A DNA stretch of 60,934 nucleotides from a virus. Numbering within the stretch: position 1 is the stretch's first letter; each line of letters starts with the position of its first letter. The stretch lies in the IMG/VR virus record IMGVR_UViG_3300020385_000001, positions 1-60,934 of that record; one strand, given 5' to 3'. This document shows, in pieces, positions 23,301 to 29,941 of the stretch. The position numbers and the translations under genes were made by a program. Under the pieces are notes generated by a model. It searched no databases, was not told where the DNA came from, and was given only the letters and a program-made list of their open reading frames with translations.

Positions 23301-24355
23301 TTAATTCTGACTTTTTAAAAGAAAGACGAGGCGGTTCAAGATTTAATGTTGCAGAGTCTGATATAGCAGATGCCGCTAAAAAAGGTGGGGCTAGAGGAGT
23401 TATAAGTAAAATACTTCAAGCTGGATTTTTACCTACGCAAGCAGCTGATAGTTTTGCCATTGCATCAGGGGGCGCTACTTTTTATAGGAATAGGGTTAAA
23501 TCTTATATTAAAGAAGGCTTGACAGAGACTGAGGCGCAGGAGAAAGCATTTTTAGACTTTAGAGAAATAGCCGAAGAATCACAACAATCATCAAGACCTG
23601 ATAGAATTAGTGCCCAACAAGCGGGCGCATTAGGGCGCGTTGTGTTAGCTTTTGCAAACACACCAGCGCAATATGCTAGATTAACTAAAAAAGCCGCTAG
23701 TGATCTTATAAACAGACGTGGTGACGCTAAAACAAACTTTTCTAAGCTACTATATTATGGATTTGTACAAAATTTAATATTTAACATGTTACAAAAAGCA
23801 ACATTTTTACTTGCTTTTGGAGATGAAGACGAAGATGAAAAGAAAAAACAAAAAGCATATTTAAGTACTATAAACGGCATGGCTGACGGATTGCTTAGGG
23901 GCATGGGTATACAAGGTGCTGCAATTTCTACCATAAAAAATGTTTTAATAAAAATTAGCGAAGATGCCACGGATCCTGTTTCAGATGTATTAGATTTTTC
24001 CCCTCCAATATCATCAAAATATGATAAGCTACAAAGGGCTTATAGAATTTACAAATGGAATAAAGAAGAAATAAAAGAAAAAGGATTTAGTTTAGATAGT
24101 CCCGCATATGAGGCTGCAGCAAATATTATATCAGCAACTGTTAATGTGCCTTTAGATAGAGTTGTAAAAAAGGTTAATAATGTAGTTGATGCAACTCAAG
24201 AAAACATAACACCCCTTGAAAGAGCAATGCTTGCTGCCGGATGGAGCGAATGGGAATTAGGAATACAAAAACCTAAACCTAAAAAGAAAAAGAAAACTAG
24301 AAGTTCTGGAAGAGGAACTAGCAGAAGTAATAGTAGATCATCAAATAGAAGATAA
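17348..24355 (+). CDS. Giant internal-virion / ejection protein (2335 aa) with a zincin HExxH motif and a poly-basic tail
   Basis: 7-kb uninterrupted ORF. HELLH lies at 19700-19714 (aa 785-789). The C-terminus is KPKPKKKKKTRSSGRGTSRSNSRSSNRR. Its position is equivalent to T7 gp16. Confidence 0.55.
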   Translation: MYKYKDYNYSLEEVQDAADKEKLSIDEYIKEFNIEKTDPDPDEEGKEIPSQETVDATVEVDGTASKSENGSSDYTQIDPTETEFKEITIFEKTNKDKEGNTSSFIVKNQPKEILTDLGKKNINENYETALQDWSELTANDPQDKSIDLYKEKAIYIQNDLIKNNKYLNLTNKQILNQVDKFLNAKGSVRDQIVEEYNLNDPNTTAETLEEANKAYNDQRTQAAILLAENNSKYQAVLNGIKNKVSTSVGGELKEFEKQKQRSEVEFKIPFTDKVFSKGISDNSIVEGLQKTFLNFTQSLYGIELMSADKSFGATERATKAITALEEKIKNKEIRLDDKVDRDTKITMQGRIKDPNITVKNALKFLNSFLEERKEEQFETITDIQNINKDLSSFTQNKIWEDDGSIDLTLKELGGIAGEQLPQIGLALVAGGIGVMAQEIGGNYITNLNSIARKKFNIPENQEPTPEQLIDIINSGEDQAGVALATGAVAGYLEKLSAGKLLKVDLKKPIGAIVRGEFKTAAKSLFNSGKAVTNATLTETLTEGLQTGLSQLGESVVTDENKFDYKELREASSQGFLMGGGLTSFKIGVQQTAVELKQTAMQIAGALGSEGSYGQLEKSFKALETKIKSDGRLSENSKNNRIKALGQVRNTLNSIPKGYSANQREKSLNLLIRKQDLNEQFKNVDSNLIPEAVKDQIESIDNQLSSIAESAFITRTVDMAMEEGLGDNIKVANTSAQADKIAAENNMSLVDSKGERAEGAVKGDGSTVIIDLEQAKKVKAFNVAGHELLHRVLFKTLYKEVDGKLVGSNVARSLGLELDKQLNKINPDILKNEYLKQRFKSYQDQGKSMQAEEKLTILSDALRLGAVKLENTAIEKFNGYFRRLFQNLGWKQIKFKDGESVVNFIQDYNKSLDKGSFGKAIKKGATEGFEVVRGKDGIKNLKDDYENIIKESRSEKASNKVQELYEQKGVNAAVEIIEQFKPITNKIVEQRKNAPGFDRQLLTDEIETGAGGILDLIQAYDPASNVPLAAYINKFLPVRAITASRRILEEEFAGDIAEAPQVAAEAAPETEVEVTETKPTERLIETKNKFLSPEGRTGFEENVASRIDELTPDEFTFKKLPNWGKENLAKELNIPIKKFEGSSNFTQAELGRLLTWIETNVSDIRRALPGAAVLEGASVPESLIGTATGVPNNLLKNINLYERLARGTKDAGLVPYRKLKGIDNSSILKAVGIIDGRQTAGPRDKAAQTAKGIFNMMAKVMTNQEIRKQLQAKPRPDITTKETESARAGGIESRLLFSLSTPAKKLLNKFKIEDKYNGLDTKTGIDLFIKDIEKYLIPYFSKEDFKVLNKSILNFKTEFFNPKEENVSAIELQKYLTAKLDALKPKFRGMATVGRTPYNNPYSFGKTPQDVKSRLKNNGKWVKDFNTKQRGVFNKMILDMNKAYKETDGAIALPLVYLLENGQNERSNPFPMGAAVLGFYPNAESYTYKNKKGKEITGYYLYEHSFPVTQASRLILEGIFSKNKITFNNNLKRVQDNFYVLALTKEDDVKIQKYAKENEGNLTKALPENERWWDRYEKAGIDLTKYTSYIEGFDTVQDIINAAKAEQQEPKVLPLYNILGQSKIKASKSNNNKLPKSQQLPSSYNKNNLVLDKMQELDNEANEARIKFSKSQDLNEDFNNIIEAKTGIATYKRFSPAKAEVRGASKGKFNFFIPPSAEDFTGLLYKTLAKGKVGDTQMQWYKDNLLDPYARAMNDVSSARVAMFEDYKKLKEDLKVIPKNLKKKSVDEYTKEQAVRIYIWNEQGNKIPGLFKTDQKQLVDYVNNDPELKVFADQLIAMQKNDDYSGPKEGWLTGSITTDLLESVNSIKRKKYLEQWQNNVDEIFSEVNMNKLEAAFGKPYRKALENILQRMKTGRNKPFRTDTLAGRVTDWLNNSVGAIMFFNTRSAVLQTISSINFVNWSDNNIYQAGKAFANQPQYWKDFKFLFNSDFLKERRGGSRFNVAESDIADAAKKGGARGVISKILQAGFLPTQAADSFAIASGGATFYRNRVKSYIKEGLTETEAQEKAFLDFREIAEESQQSSRPDRISAQQAGALGRVVLAFANTPAQYARLTKKAASDLINRRGDAKTNFSKLLYYGFVQNLIFNMLQKATFLLAFGDEDEDEKKKQKAYLSTINGMADGLLRGMGIQGAAISTIKNVLIKISEDATDPVSDVLDFSPPISSKYDKLQRAYRIYKWNKEEIKEKGFSLDSPAYEAAANIISATVNVPLDRVVKKVNNVVDATQENITPLERAMLAAGWSEWELGIQKPKPKKKKKTRSSGRGTSRSNSRSSNRR

Positions 24356-24356
24356 T

Positions 24357-24509
24357 ATGAATTCACCATTGTATGCAAAAATTAGCGGGCCTTGCAAAGC
24401 CGCAGCAAAAAGAAAATTTAAAGTATGGCCATCTGCTTATGCTTCGGGTTGGGGCGTAAGATGTACGAGCGCCGGGGGCCCAGGTAAAATGGGTAAAAAG
24501 AAAAAATAA
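24357..24509 (+). CDS. Small basic protein (50 aa), below the ORF-track cutoff
   Basis: Manual translation gives MNSPLYAKISGPCKAAAKRKFKVWPSAYASGWGVRCTSAGGPGKMGKKKK. The ATG starts 1 nt after the giant gene's stop, and the stop overlaps the next ATG (TAATG). Confidence 0.55.
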   Translation: MNSPLYAKISGPCKAAAKRKFKVWPSAYASGWGVRCTSAGGPGKMGKKKK

Positions 24510-25063
24510 TGAACTTATTTGAAAATTTTGATGTTACTGATTTAACATTTAGAAAACCACCTGCAAATGATTCTTTAACAACATTTAAAGAATTGCAAGA
24601 ATTAAATAATTTAAAATTAGATAAAGATTTTGTAGTTCAAAAAGATAATATTATTGATAATTTTGAAAAAATTAATTCTGCAGCAGGTGTAAATTTTCCT
24701 AAAAATGAAATTAATAAACTTCAAAACGATTCAAGTAAAGTAATTAAAGATTTAAAAAATTATTTTAATAGACCTAGACCTAAAGAATTAGCCAATACCT
24801 TAGGGGTAAGCATGGAAAATGTAGATCTTAAATCCATGAAAACACCTTCATATCCTTCAGGACATTCAGCACAATCTAAATTAATAGCTAAAGTATTAGG
24901 AGATAAATATCCTCAATTAAAACAAGAATATAATAAAGAAGCAGAAAATATTTCAAATAGTAGAAATGTAGGCAGAGCACACTATAAATCAGATAGTAAG
25001 TTTGGTCAAGAAGTAGGCGAAAGAATGTACGAATATTTAAAAAATAATAAATATGCCATTTGA
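24509..25063 (+). CDS. PAP2-superfamily phosphatase (class A acid-phosphatase-like), no obvious TM or signal peptide
   Basis: All three PAP2 motifs are present with correct spacing: K-NYFNRP-RP (KX6RP), PSGH, SR-NVGRA-H-YKS-D (SRX5HX3D). Confidence 0.8.
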   Translation: MNLFENFDVTDLTFRKPPANDSLTTFKELQELNNLKLDKDFVVQKDNIIDNFEKINSAAGVNFPKNEINKLQNDSSKVIKDLKNYFNRPRPKELANTLGVSMENVDLKSMKTPSYPSGHSAQSKLIAKVLGDKYPQLKQEYNKEAENISNSRNVGRAHYKSDSKFGQEVGERMYEYLKNNKYAI

Positions 25064-25331
25064 ACAAAACAATTCACCGTTTTTAAAACAAAAAGGCGGA
25101 GGTACTACAAAAGCCTGTTTACCTCTTGCTAAGATAAGAAGCATGAGCAAAGCTGAAAAAGGTAAAGTTGTACGCGCTAAAAGAAAAGCAGGTAAAGCTG
25201 GCAAATATAAAAGAGATTCTAAAACTAATGTTAAAGGTGCAAGTACAAAAGGCGGTACGCTCCGTGATTGGTTTGAAAAAGAAGATTGGAGACAAGTAGC
25301 TAATCCAAGTAAAAAATGTGGTGAAAAATGA
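25053..25331 (+). CDS. Small Lys-rich protein (92 aa)
   Basis: MPFEQNNSPFLKQKGGG...KRKAGKAGKYKR...DWFEKEDWRQV..KKCGEK. It overlaps both neighbours (11 nt and 4 nt). Confidence 0.6.
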   Translation: MPFEQNNSPFLKQKGGGTTKACLPLAKIRSMSKAEKGKVVRAKRKAGKAGKYKRDSKTNVKGASTKGGTLRDWFEKEDWRQVANPSKKCGEK

Positions 25332-25678
25332 AATATTTTAAAGACAAGGAAGACTTTAAAGGCAACATGGATAAAATGGATCCTAAGCTGTTAACCATGC
25401 TTGATGAGCTTCGTGAAGAATACGGCCAACCTATTATTCTTAATTCCTCATATAGGTCTGCTTCTCATCCTGTAGAAATTGTAAAAAGCAAACCAGGCGA
25501 GCACACATATGGTGCTGCTGTAGATATTAAATGCGCTGGCGGTGAAAATACATTTAATTTAGTAAGTGCAGCTATTAAAGTTGGATTCAGACGCATAGGA
25601 ATATCGCGTAAAAGTAATTTTGTACACGTTGGAATTGGTTATCCTAACGCTCCCGAAACAACTATTTGGACATATTAA
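25328..25678 (+). CDS. Zinc peptidase M15 family, putative endolysin
   Basis: SSYRS, GEHTYGAAVD (H-x6-D) and NFVHVG match the VanY/M15 zinc-ligand pattern. Confidence 0.65.
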   Translation: MKYFKDKEDFKGNMDKMDPKLLTMLDELREEYGQPIILNSSYRSASHPVEIVKSKPGEHTYGAAVDIKCAGGENTFNLVSAAIKVGFRRIGISRKSNFVHVGIGYPNAPETTIWTY

Positions 25679-27417
25679 CCGTCACAACTTAAACAATCAG
25701 GATCCATAGCGGCTGCAGCTATATCGCCTCTTAATACAGATTCTGTTCTAGTATAATATAAAGTTTTAATTCCTCTTTTCCAAGCTTCAATATGAACTTG
25801 ATTTAGCCATCGTGGTGATGCTTCCGATGGAAATGCTAAATTTAAACTTACCGACTGATCAACATAATCTTGTCTTATTCCAGCTTGTCTAATTAATTCT
25901 AATTGATTTATTTCTTTGAATGTTTTAAATACATTCTTTACTGATTCTCCTTCTTCTTGGTTAAGTCTTCCTCCGTGATCGTAATACCATCCGTCAAGTT
26001 GTTTAATTCCTTGAACGGATCCACCATCTTCCAAAATTTTATCCCAAGTTTCTTTAGTGTCGATTCCAACTTTTCTTAATACTTTTTTAAGTTCTTTATT
26101 TTTACGTATAAATGTACCTTTTGCAGATTGTTCTGTAAATACATTAGCAGCCCAAGGTTCAATTCCCGGCGATACATTACCTGCTAATTTACTATTAGAT
26201 ACCGTAGGCGCAATAGCCCTAAGGTGAGTATTCCTAAAACCGGTACCTACACACCACAAAGGCTCGCCGTATGTTTCAGCTAATGCTCTTGATGCTCTTT
26301 CAGTCTCAATTTTTATTTTTGAAAAAATTTCTCGCGTTTTGAATTGCGCTAATAAACTTTCGAAACCAATTCCGTTTTTCTGTAACAGGCTGTGCCACCC
26401 AAGGACACCAAGTCCAAGAGCCCTTCCTTTTTCCGCACTGCGTACAGAGTTCTCGAATCCCTTCATATTCTTTGCCTTCTGGATAAATTCTTCTAGCACA
26501 CCGTCCAGGAACCATGTGGCGTCGTATATCAGATTGGTATTCTTCCATTCATCATATTTATCTAAGTTAACTGAAGATAAGCAACAAACAAAGCTATGGC
26601 TTTCATCCGTATGCAATACTATTTCGCTACAGATATTAGTCATATGTACTTTTAAACTGTTCTTTTTGTATGCTTCTGGATTATTTTTATTTGTGTTTCC
26701 CTTAAAAAGAATATAAGGTTCGCCAGTAGCTTTACGCTTTTGAAGGAGTTTGGACCATTTCCTCCGTGCTTCTTTATCTCCCGCTTCAAGTCTTCGCATA
26801 AACTTGTCACCGACCACAGCACACTGGTGGAGGTTGAGTGATTGTCTATTGACATCTCCTTTAGGTTCTCGGATTTCAACCCATTCATCAAAATCGGGAT
26901 GTTCAATATTGATATTAACTGAAGCAGCTCCTCGTCTGACAGATCCTTGATTAGTGGCAAGTATTGTTGAATCGTATATCTTGCAAAACGGCACCACTCC
27001 ATCACTTGTTCCATTGTTTGTTATTCTAGCCCCGGCAGGACGAATCATATTAATTCCGATACCAACACCCCCGCCGTGTTTTGCTAGTAACATCATTTCT
27101 AAATTTTTAGTACCAATATCATGAACGCTATCCGCTACATCAATACCAAAGCAACTAATAGGTAATCCGCGATCTGAGCCAGTATTAGATAGTACAGGTG
27201 AAGCCAAACACAGCCAGCCTTTCCATATATAATCAAAAAACTTTTCGGCTAGTTCTGGTTTGTATAAACGTTTTGCTATAGTTTTAGCAACCCGTTCGTA
27301 TGCGTCTTTAGGAGATTCTCCATTAATCAAGTAGCCACCTGTAATTGTTTTTTTGTAAACATCGGTTTCTCCCCAAACAGGATAATCTTCACCTCTTTTC
27401 CAATCGCTATTCCACAT
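25675..27417 (-). CDS. nrdA: Ribonucleotide reductase class I alpha subunit (short form, no ATP-cone)
   Basis: The active-site loop NICSEI, ISCFG, and the C-terminal CLSCDG redox pair are present. The beta-subunit gene lies upstream on the same strand. Confidence 0.85.
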   Translation of the reverse strand: MWNSDWKRGEDYPVWGETDVYKKTITGGYLINGESPKDAYERVAKTIAKRLYKPELAEKFFDYIWKGWLCLASPVLSNTGSDRGLPISCFGIDVADSVHDIGTKNLEMMLLAKHGGGVGIGINMIRPAGARITNNGTSDGVVPFCKIYDSTILATNQGSVRRGAASVNINIEHPDFDEWVEIREPKGDVNRQSLNLHQCAVVGDKFMRRLEAGDKEARRKWSKLLQKRKATGEPYILFKGNTNKNNPEAYKKNSLKVHMTNICSEIVLHTDESHSFVCCLSSVNLDKYDEWKNTNLIYDATWFLDGVLEEFIQKAKNMKGFENSVRSAEKGRALGLGVLGWHSLLQKNGIGFESLLAQFKTREIFSKIKIETERASRALAETYGEPLWCVGTGFRNTHLRAIAPTVSNSKLAGNVSPGIEPWAANVFTEQSAKGTFIRKNKELKKVLRKVGIDTKETWDKILEDGGSVQGIKQLDGWYYDHGGRLNQEEGESVKNVFKTFKEINQLELIRQAGIRQDYVDQSVSLNLAFPSEASPRWLNQVHIEAWKRGIKTLYYTRTESVLRGDIAAAAMDPDCLSCDG

Positions 27418-27628
27418 TTAAATCTAATTTTTTTTCTTCTTTAGGTTTTTCTACAACTTCAGTCTTTAATTTTTCTAAAGCTTCATCATAACCATCCATA
27501 AGTTTTACTAGTTCTAATGTGCCTACACTTAATTCTCTAAGGTGTGCTATTTCATTTAATACTTGCTGTGTAACACGCTTAAGAGCCTCAACGCTTCTTT
27601 GCATGTCTACTAATTTACTTTCTTTCAT
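27407..27628 (-). CDS. Hypothetical coiled-coil protein (73 aa)
   Basis: ORF between nrdB and nrdA with overlapping start/stop coupling. Confidence 0.5.
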   Translation of the reverse strand: MKESKLVDMQRSVEALKRVTQQVLNEIAHLRELSVGTLELVKLMDGYDEALEKLKTEVVEKPKEEKKLDLNVE

Positions 27629-27879
27629 ATATTATATAAATAAATTAAATAACCAATAGTTACATTTAAATTAACTATCACTAAGTTCCATTGTTTTGCC
27701 ACAAATACTTGGGGTAAAGATAATATACCCCCGGTTATATAGGTAACAGCTCCAATATTATCAGGTAATAAATAAGGCGAAATCATTATAAAAGCAGCAC
27801 CCATATAACCTAATCTATTAGATAATCTTTCTAATGGTGTTAATTTTCTTTCTTTTACTAATGCTTTTAGCTTTACCAT
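27625..27879 (-). CDS. Small integral membrane protein (84 aa, 2-3 TM)
   Basis: Hydrophobic stretches LGYMGAAFIMISPYLL, AVTYITGGILSLPQVFV and LVIVNLNVTIGYLIYLY. Confidence 0.5.
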   Translation of the reverse strand: MVKLKALVKERKLTPLERLSNRLGYMGAAFIMISPYLLPDNIGAVTYITGGILSLPQVFVAKQWNLVIVNLNVTIGYLIYLYNI

Positions 27880-28841
27880 ATATCTTCAAAATCTTCTCCT
27901 TCGTTAGCTTTTGAGTAATCAGTTGGACGAACAGCAAAAAAATCAGTATGAGTATGCCCCCCGGTAAGATGGTAGAACCAGTCAAGACTGCTTGCTGCTT
28001 TTTTGTCAAATTTAAAGTGTTCCCCACTGTACGCGTATCCAAGTTCGTGTAACTTTTCATTAAGTCTTTTTCTAATAAATTGTTTGAGATCGTTGGCTTT
28101 AAGGTTTTCAATGTCCCCAAGCTCGAACATTTTATCAATATATTTTTCTTCTGCATCTAATATTGTTTTAGCTGCATCAAATATTTCAGGTTTACATTTA
28201 TTTAGCAGCTTAGGATCTTCTTCACACATATGCCTAAATAATTGGCACCCCATTTTACTATGTAACGATTCATCTCTTACTGACCACTTCATTTGTTGGC
28301 CAATACCTTTTAATAAATTTCTTAATTGAAAAGAATATAATACAGCAAAAGCAGAATAAAGACTAACTCCTTCAGCAAAAGCAGAAAAAATAGCCAGGGA
28401 CTTTGCGATACCAACCAACTCATTTCCTTCATAAGCGACGAGGTTGTCAAATCTTTCCATAGTTGCTTCATCCTGTAAAAAAGCTTCAAAATTTTCAAGA
28501 CCAAGTGTTTCATTCAAATAACTATATGCTACTGCGTGTATTGTTTCTTGGCTACCAAACATCATAGCCATTTGTTGTATTTCGTGTTTAGGAAACCACG
28601 CTACAACTTTTTGTGTCCAATAATCTGATACCGCACACTCTGTTTGGGCAAAACCTAATAGTATATTTCCTACTAAATTTTTTTCTTCTACAGTAAGTTT
28701 TTCATTCCAATCTTTTACATCGCCCGACATGGGTATTTCTGTATGTAACCAAAATGCCTGCGCTTGTTTTAGCCAACCTTCTGTGTAATATTCTGGAAAT
28801 TCAAAAGGTTTATAAGGTACTCTTAAATCAAATAATCCCAT
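27873..28841 (-). CDS. nrdB: Ribonucleotide reductase class I beta subunit
   Basis: Di-iron ligand motifs are present: SQETIHAVAYSY (ExxH), FAEGVSLY, VRDESLH (ExxH). Confidence 0.85.
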   Translation of the reverse strand: MGLFDLRVPYKPFEFPEYYTEGWLKQAQAFWLHTEIPMSGDVKDWNEKLTVEEKNLVGNILLGFAQTECAVSDYWTQKVVAWFPKHEIQQMAMMFGSQETIHAVAYSYLNETLGLENFEAFLQDEATMERFDNLVAYEGNELVGIAKSLAIFSAFAEGVSLYSAFAVLYSFQLRNLLKGIGQQMKWSVRDESLHSKMGCQLFRHMCEEDPKLLNKCKPEIFDAAKTILDAEEKYIDKMFELGDIENLKANDLKQFIRKRLNEKLHELGYAYSGEHFKFDKKAASSLDWFYHLTGGHTHTDFFAVRPTDYSKANEGEDFEDIW

Positions 28842-28844
28842 TTA

Positions 28845-29006
28845 TTATTTATCTACTATTAAACAAATATCTACGAACGGTAAATATACAACATGCTCAT
28901 TATAATTTTCATTAATATATGATCTTATTCCTAACAATATACCAGGATACAAACCAATACTTAATTCCCAGCCTTTACCTTCCTTGTCCTCTATATTTTT
29001 TGGCAT
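28845..29006 (-). CDS. Small hypothetical protein (53 aa; internal start of the 89-aa track ORF)
   Basis: MPKNIEDKEGKGWELSIGLYPGILLGIR... The upstream part of the track ORF overlaps a more protein-like frame. Confidence 0.35.
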   Translation of the reverse strand: MPKNIEDKEGKGWELSIGLYPGILLGIRSYINENYNEHVVYLPFVDICLIVDK

Positions 29007-29109
29007 AATTTTTACTTTTTTTAAGTTTAGACGTTTTGCTTTTTGCGTGCACATTTGGACGCTTAACTTTATTTTTTTTGGTGTAATTATTAGATATAAC
29101 TTTAGCCAT
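28975..29109 (-). CDS. Very basic 44-aa peptide, below cutoff
   Basis: Manual translation gives MAKVISNNYTKKNKVKRPNVHAKSKTSKLKKSKNYAKKYRGQGR. It overlaps both neighbours. Confidence 0.3.
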   Translation of the reverse strand: MAKVISNNYTKKNKVKRPNVHAKSKTSKLKKSKNYAKKYRGQGR

Positions 29110-29275
29110 AACATTTTATATTGTGTGTTTCTTGTATTTCAACTAATTCTTTATATAAAAGTCTTCCTCTTGTTTCTATACTCCATTTTATAAACTTATC
29201 TACTTGCCTGTCTGCATATTTAATGCGAGCTACTTTTTTAGCTTTTCTAGGATCAATTCTACCGTTCTGTCGCAT
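29102..29275 (-). CDS. Small hypothetical protein (57 aa), below cutoff
   Basis: Manual translation gives MRQNGRIDPRKAKKVARIKYADRQVDKFIKWSIETRGRLLYKELVEIQETHNIKCYG. It starts inside the 3' end of the resolvase gene. Confidence 0.35.
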   Translation of the reverse strand: MRQNGRIDPRKAKKVARIKYADRQVDKFIKWSIETRGRLLYKELVEIQETHNIKCYG

Positions 29276-29694
29276 TCTTTTTGATTCTGTGGTTTATATA
29301 GTGTATAATTAGGGAATTGGTTCATTACAAGTTGCTTAAATAGCTTCCAGCGCATTGGGAATGATTCATTAGCCCTGCCCTTTGTTTCAATTATAAAATT
29401 GTCTCCTATAAAATCTGGAGTATATTTAATTGGAAGTATTCTTTTGCAGCCTCGGTTTTTATAATCACCTTTGCCATTTGATTGTCTTTCATATACTTCG
29501 TTTTCAAAATGAAACCCATTTAATAAAACAAAAGTTTCCCCTTCATATTTTGATCGTATTTTAGCTTTTTTTAAAGCCATATACATATATCTTTCTAAGC
29601 CTGATGCAAAGTTAATATTATCGTACGATACTTTTTTAGAAACAACTGGACCACGTTTTCTTTTTTTATATGGTCGTCGTTTAATCATCACCAA
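29230..29694 (-). CDS. T7 endonuclease I-like Holliday-junction resolvase
   Basis: FASGLE...(KYEGE)...YTPDFIGDNFIIETKG parallels T7 gp3 FRSGLE...YTPDFLLPNGIFVETKG (catalytic E, D, E-x-K). Confidence 0.7.
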   Translation of the reverse strand: MVMIKRRPYKKRKRGPVVSKKVSYDNINFASGLERYMYMALKKAKIRSKYEGETFVLLNGFHFENEVYERQSNGKGDYKNRGCKRILPIKYTPDFIGDNFIIETKGRANESFPMRWKLFKQLVMNQFPNYTLYKPQNQKECDRTVELILEKLKK

Positions 29695-29941
29695 ATGTTT
29701 TATTTATATTTTTTAACATTACTTCTTGAAGTTCTTCAGTGGTGTTTTCTTTAAGCTTTTGAAGATATAATACAGCATCCATTAATTCTTCTTGCAAGTG
29801 ATTCATCCAAATAAACATATCAGATGGATCTTTATCAAGTGTTATTTTATATTTTTCAAAGCCTACATCAGATCTATCTACAAATTTATCTACTACTCGC
29901 TCTACTACTGGATCTCTAAATTTTATTTCTTTCTTATTCAT
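29681..29941 (-). CDS. Small MazG-like NTP pyrophosphohydrolase-fold protein (86 aa)
   Basis: The ...GFEKY...W.NHLQEELMDAVLYLQKL pattern is typical of short all-alpha NTP-PPases. Confidence 0.5.
   Translation of the reverse strand: MNKKEIKFRDPVVERVVDKFVDRSDVGFEKYKITLDKDPSDMFIWMNHLQEELMDAVLYLQKLKENTTEELQEVMLKNINKTFGDD

Noticed and set aside
26306-27014. ORFs 26306..26548, 26339..26716, 26652..27014 and 26750..26950 within nrdA, and 27818..28156, 28003..28329 and 28322..28513 within nrdB
   Set aside because: They overlap well-supported RNR genes in other frames or on the other strand, so they are chance ORFs.
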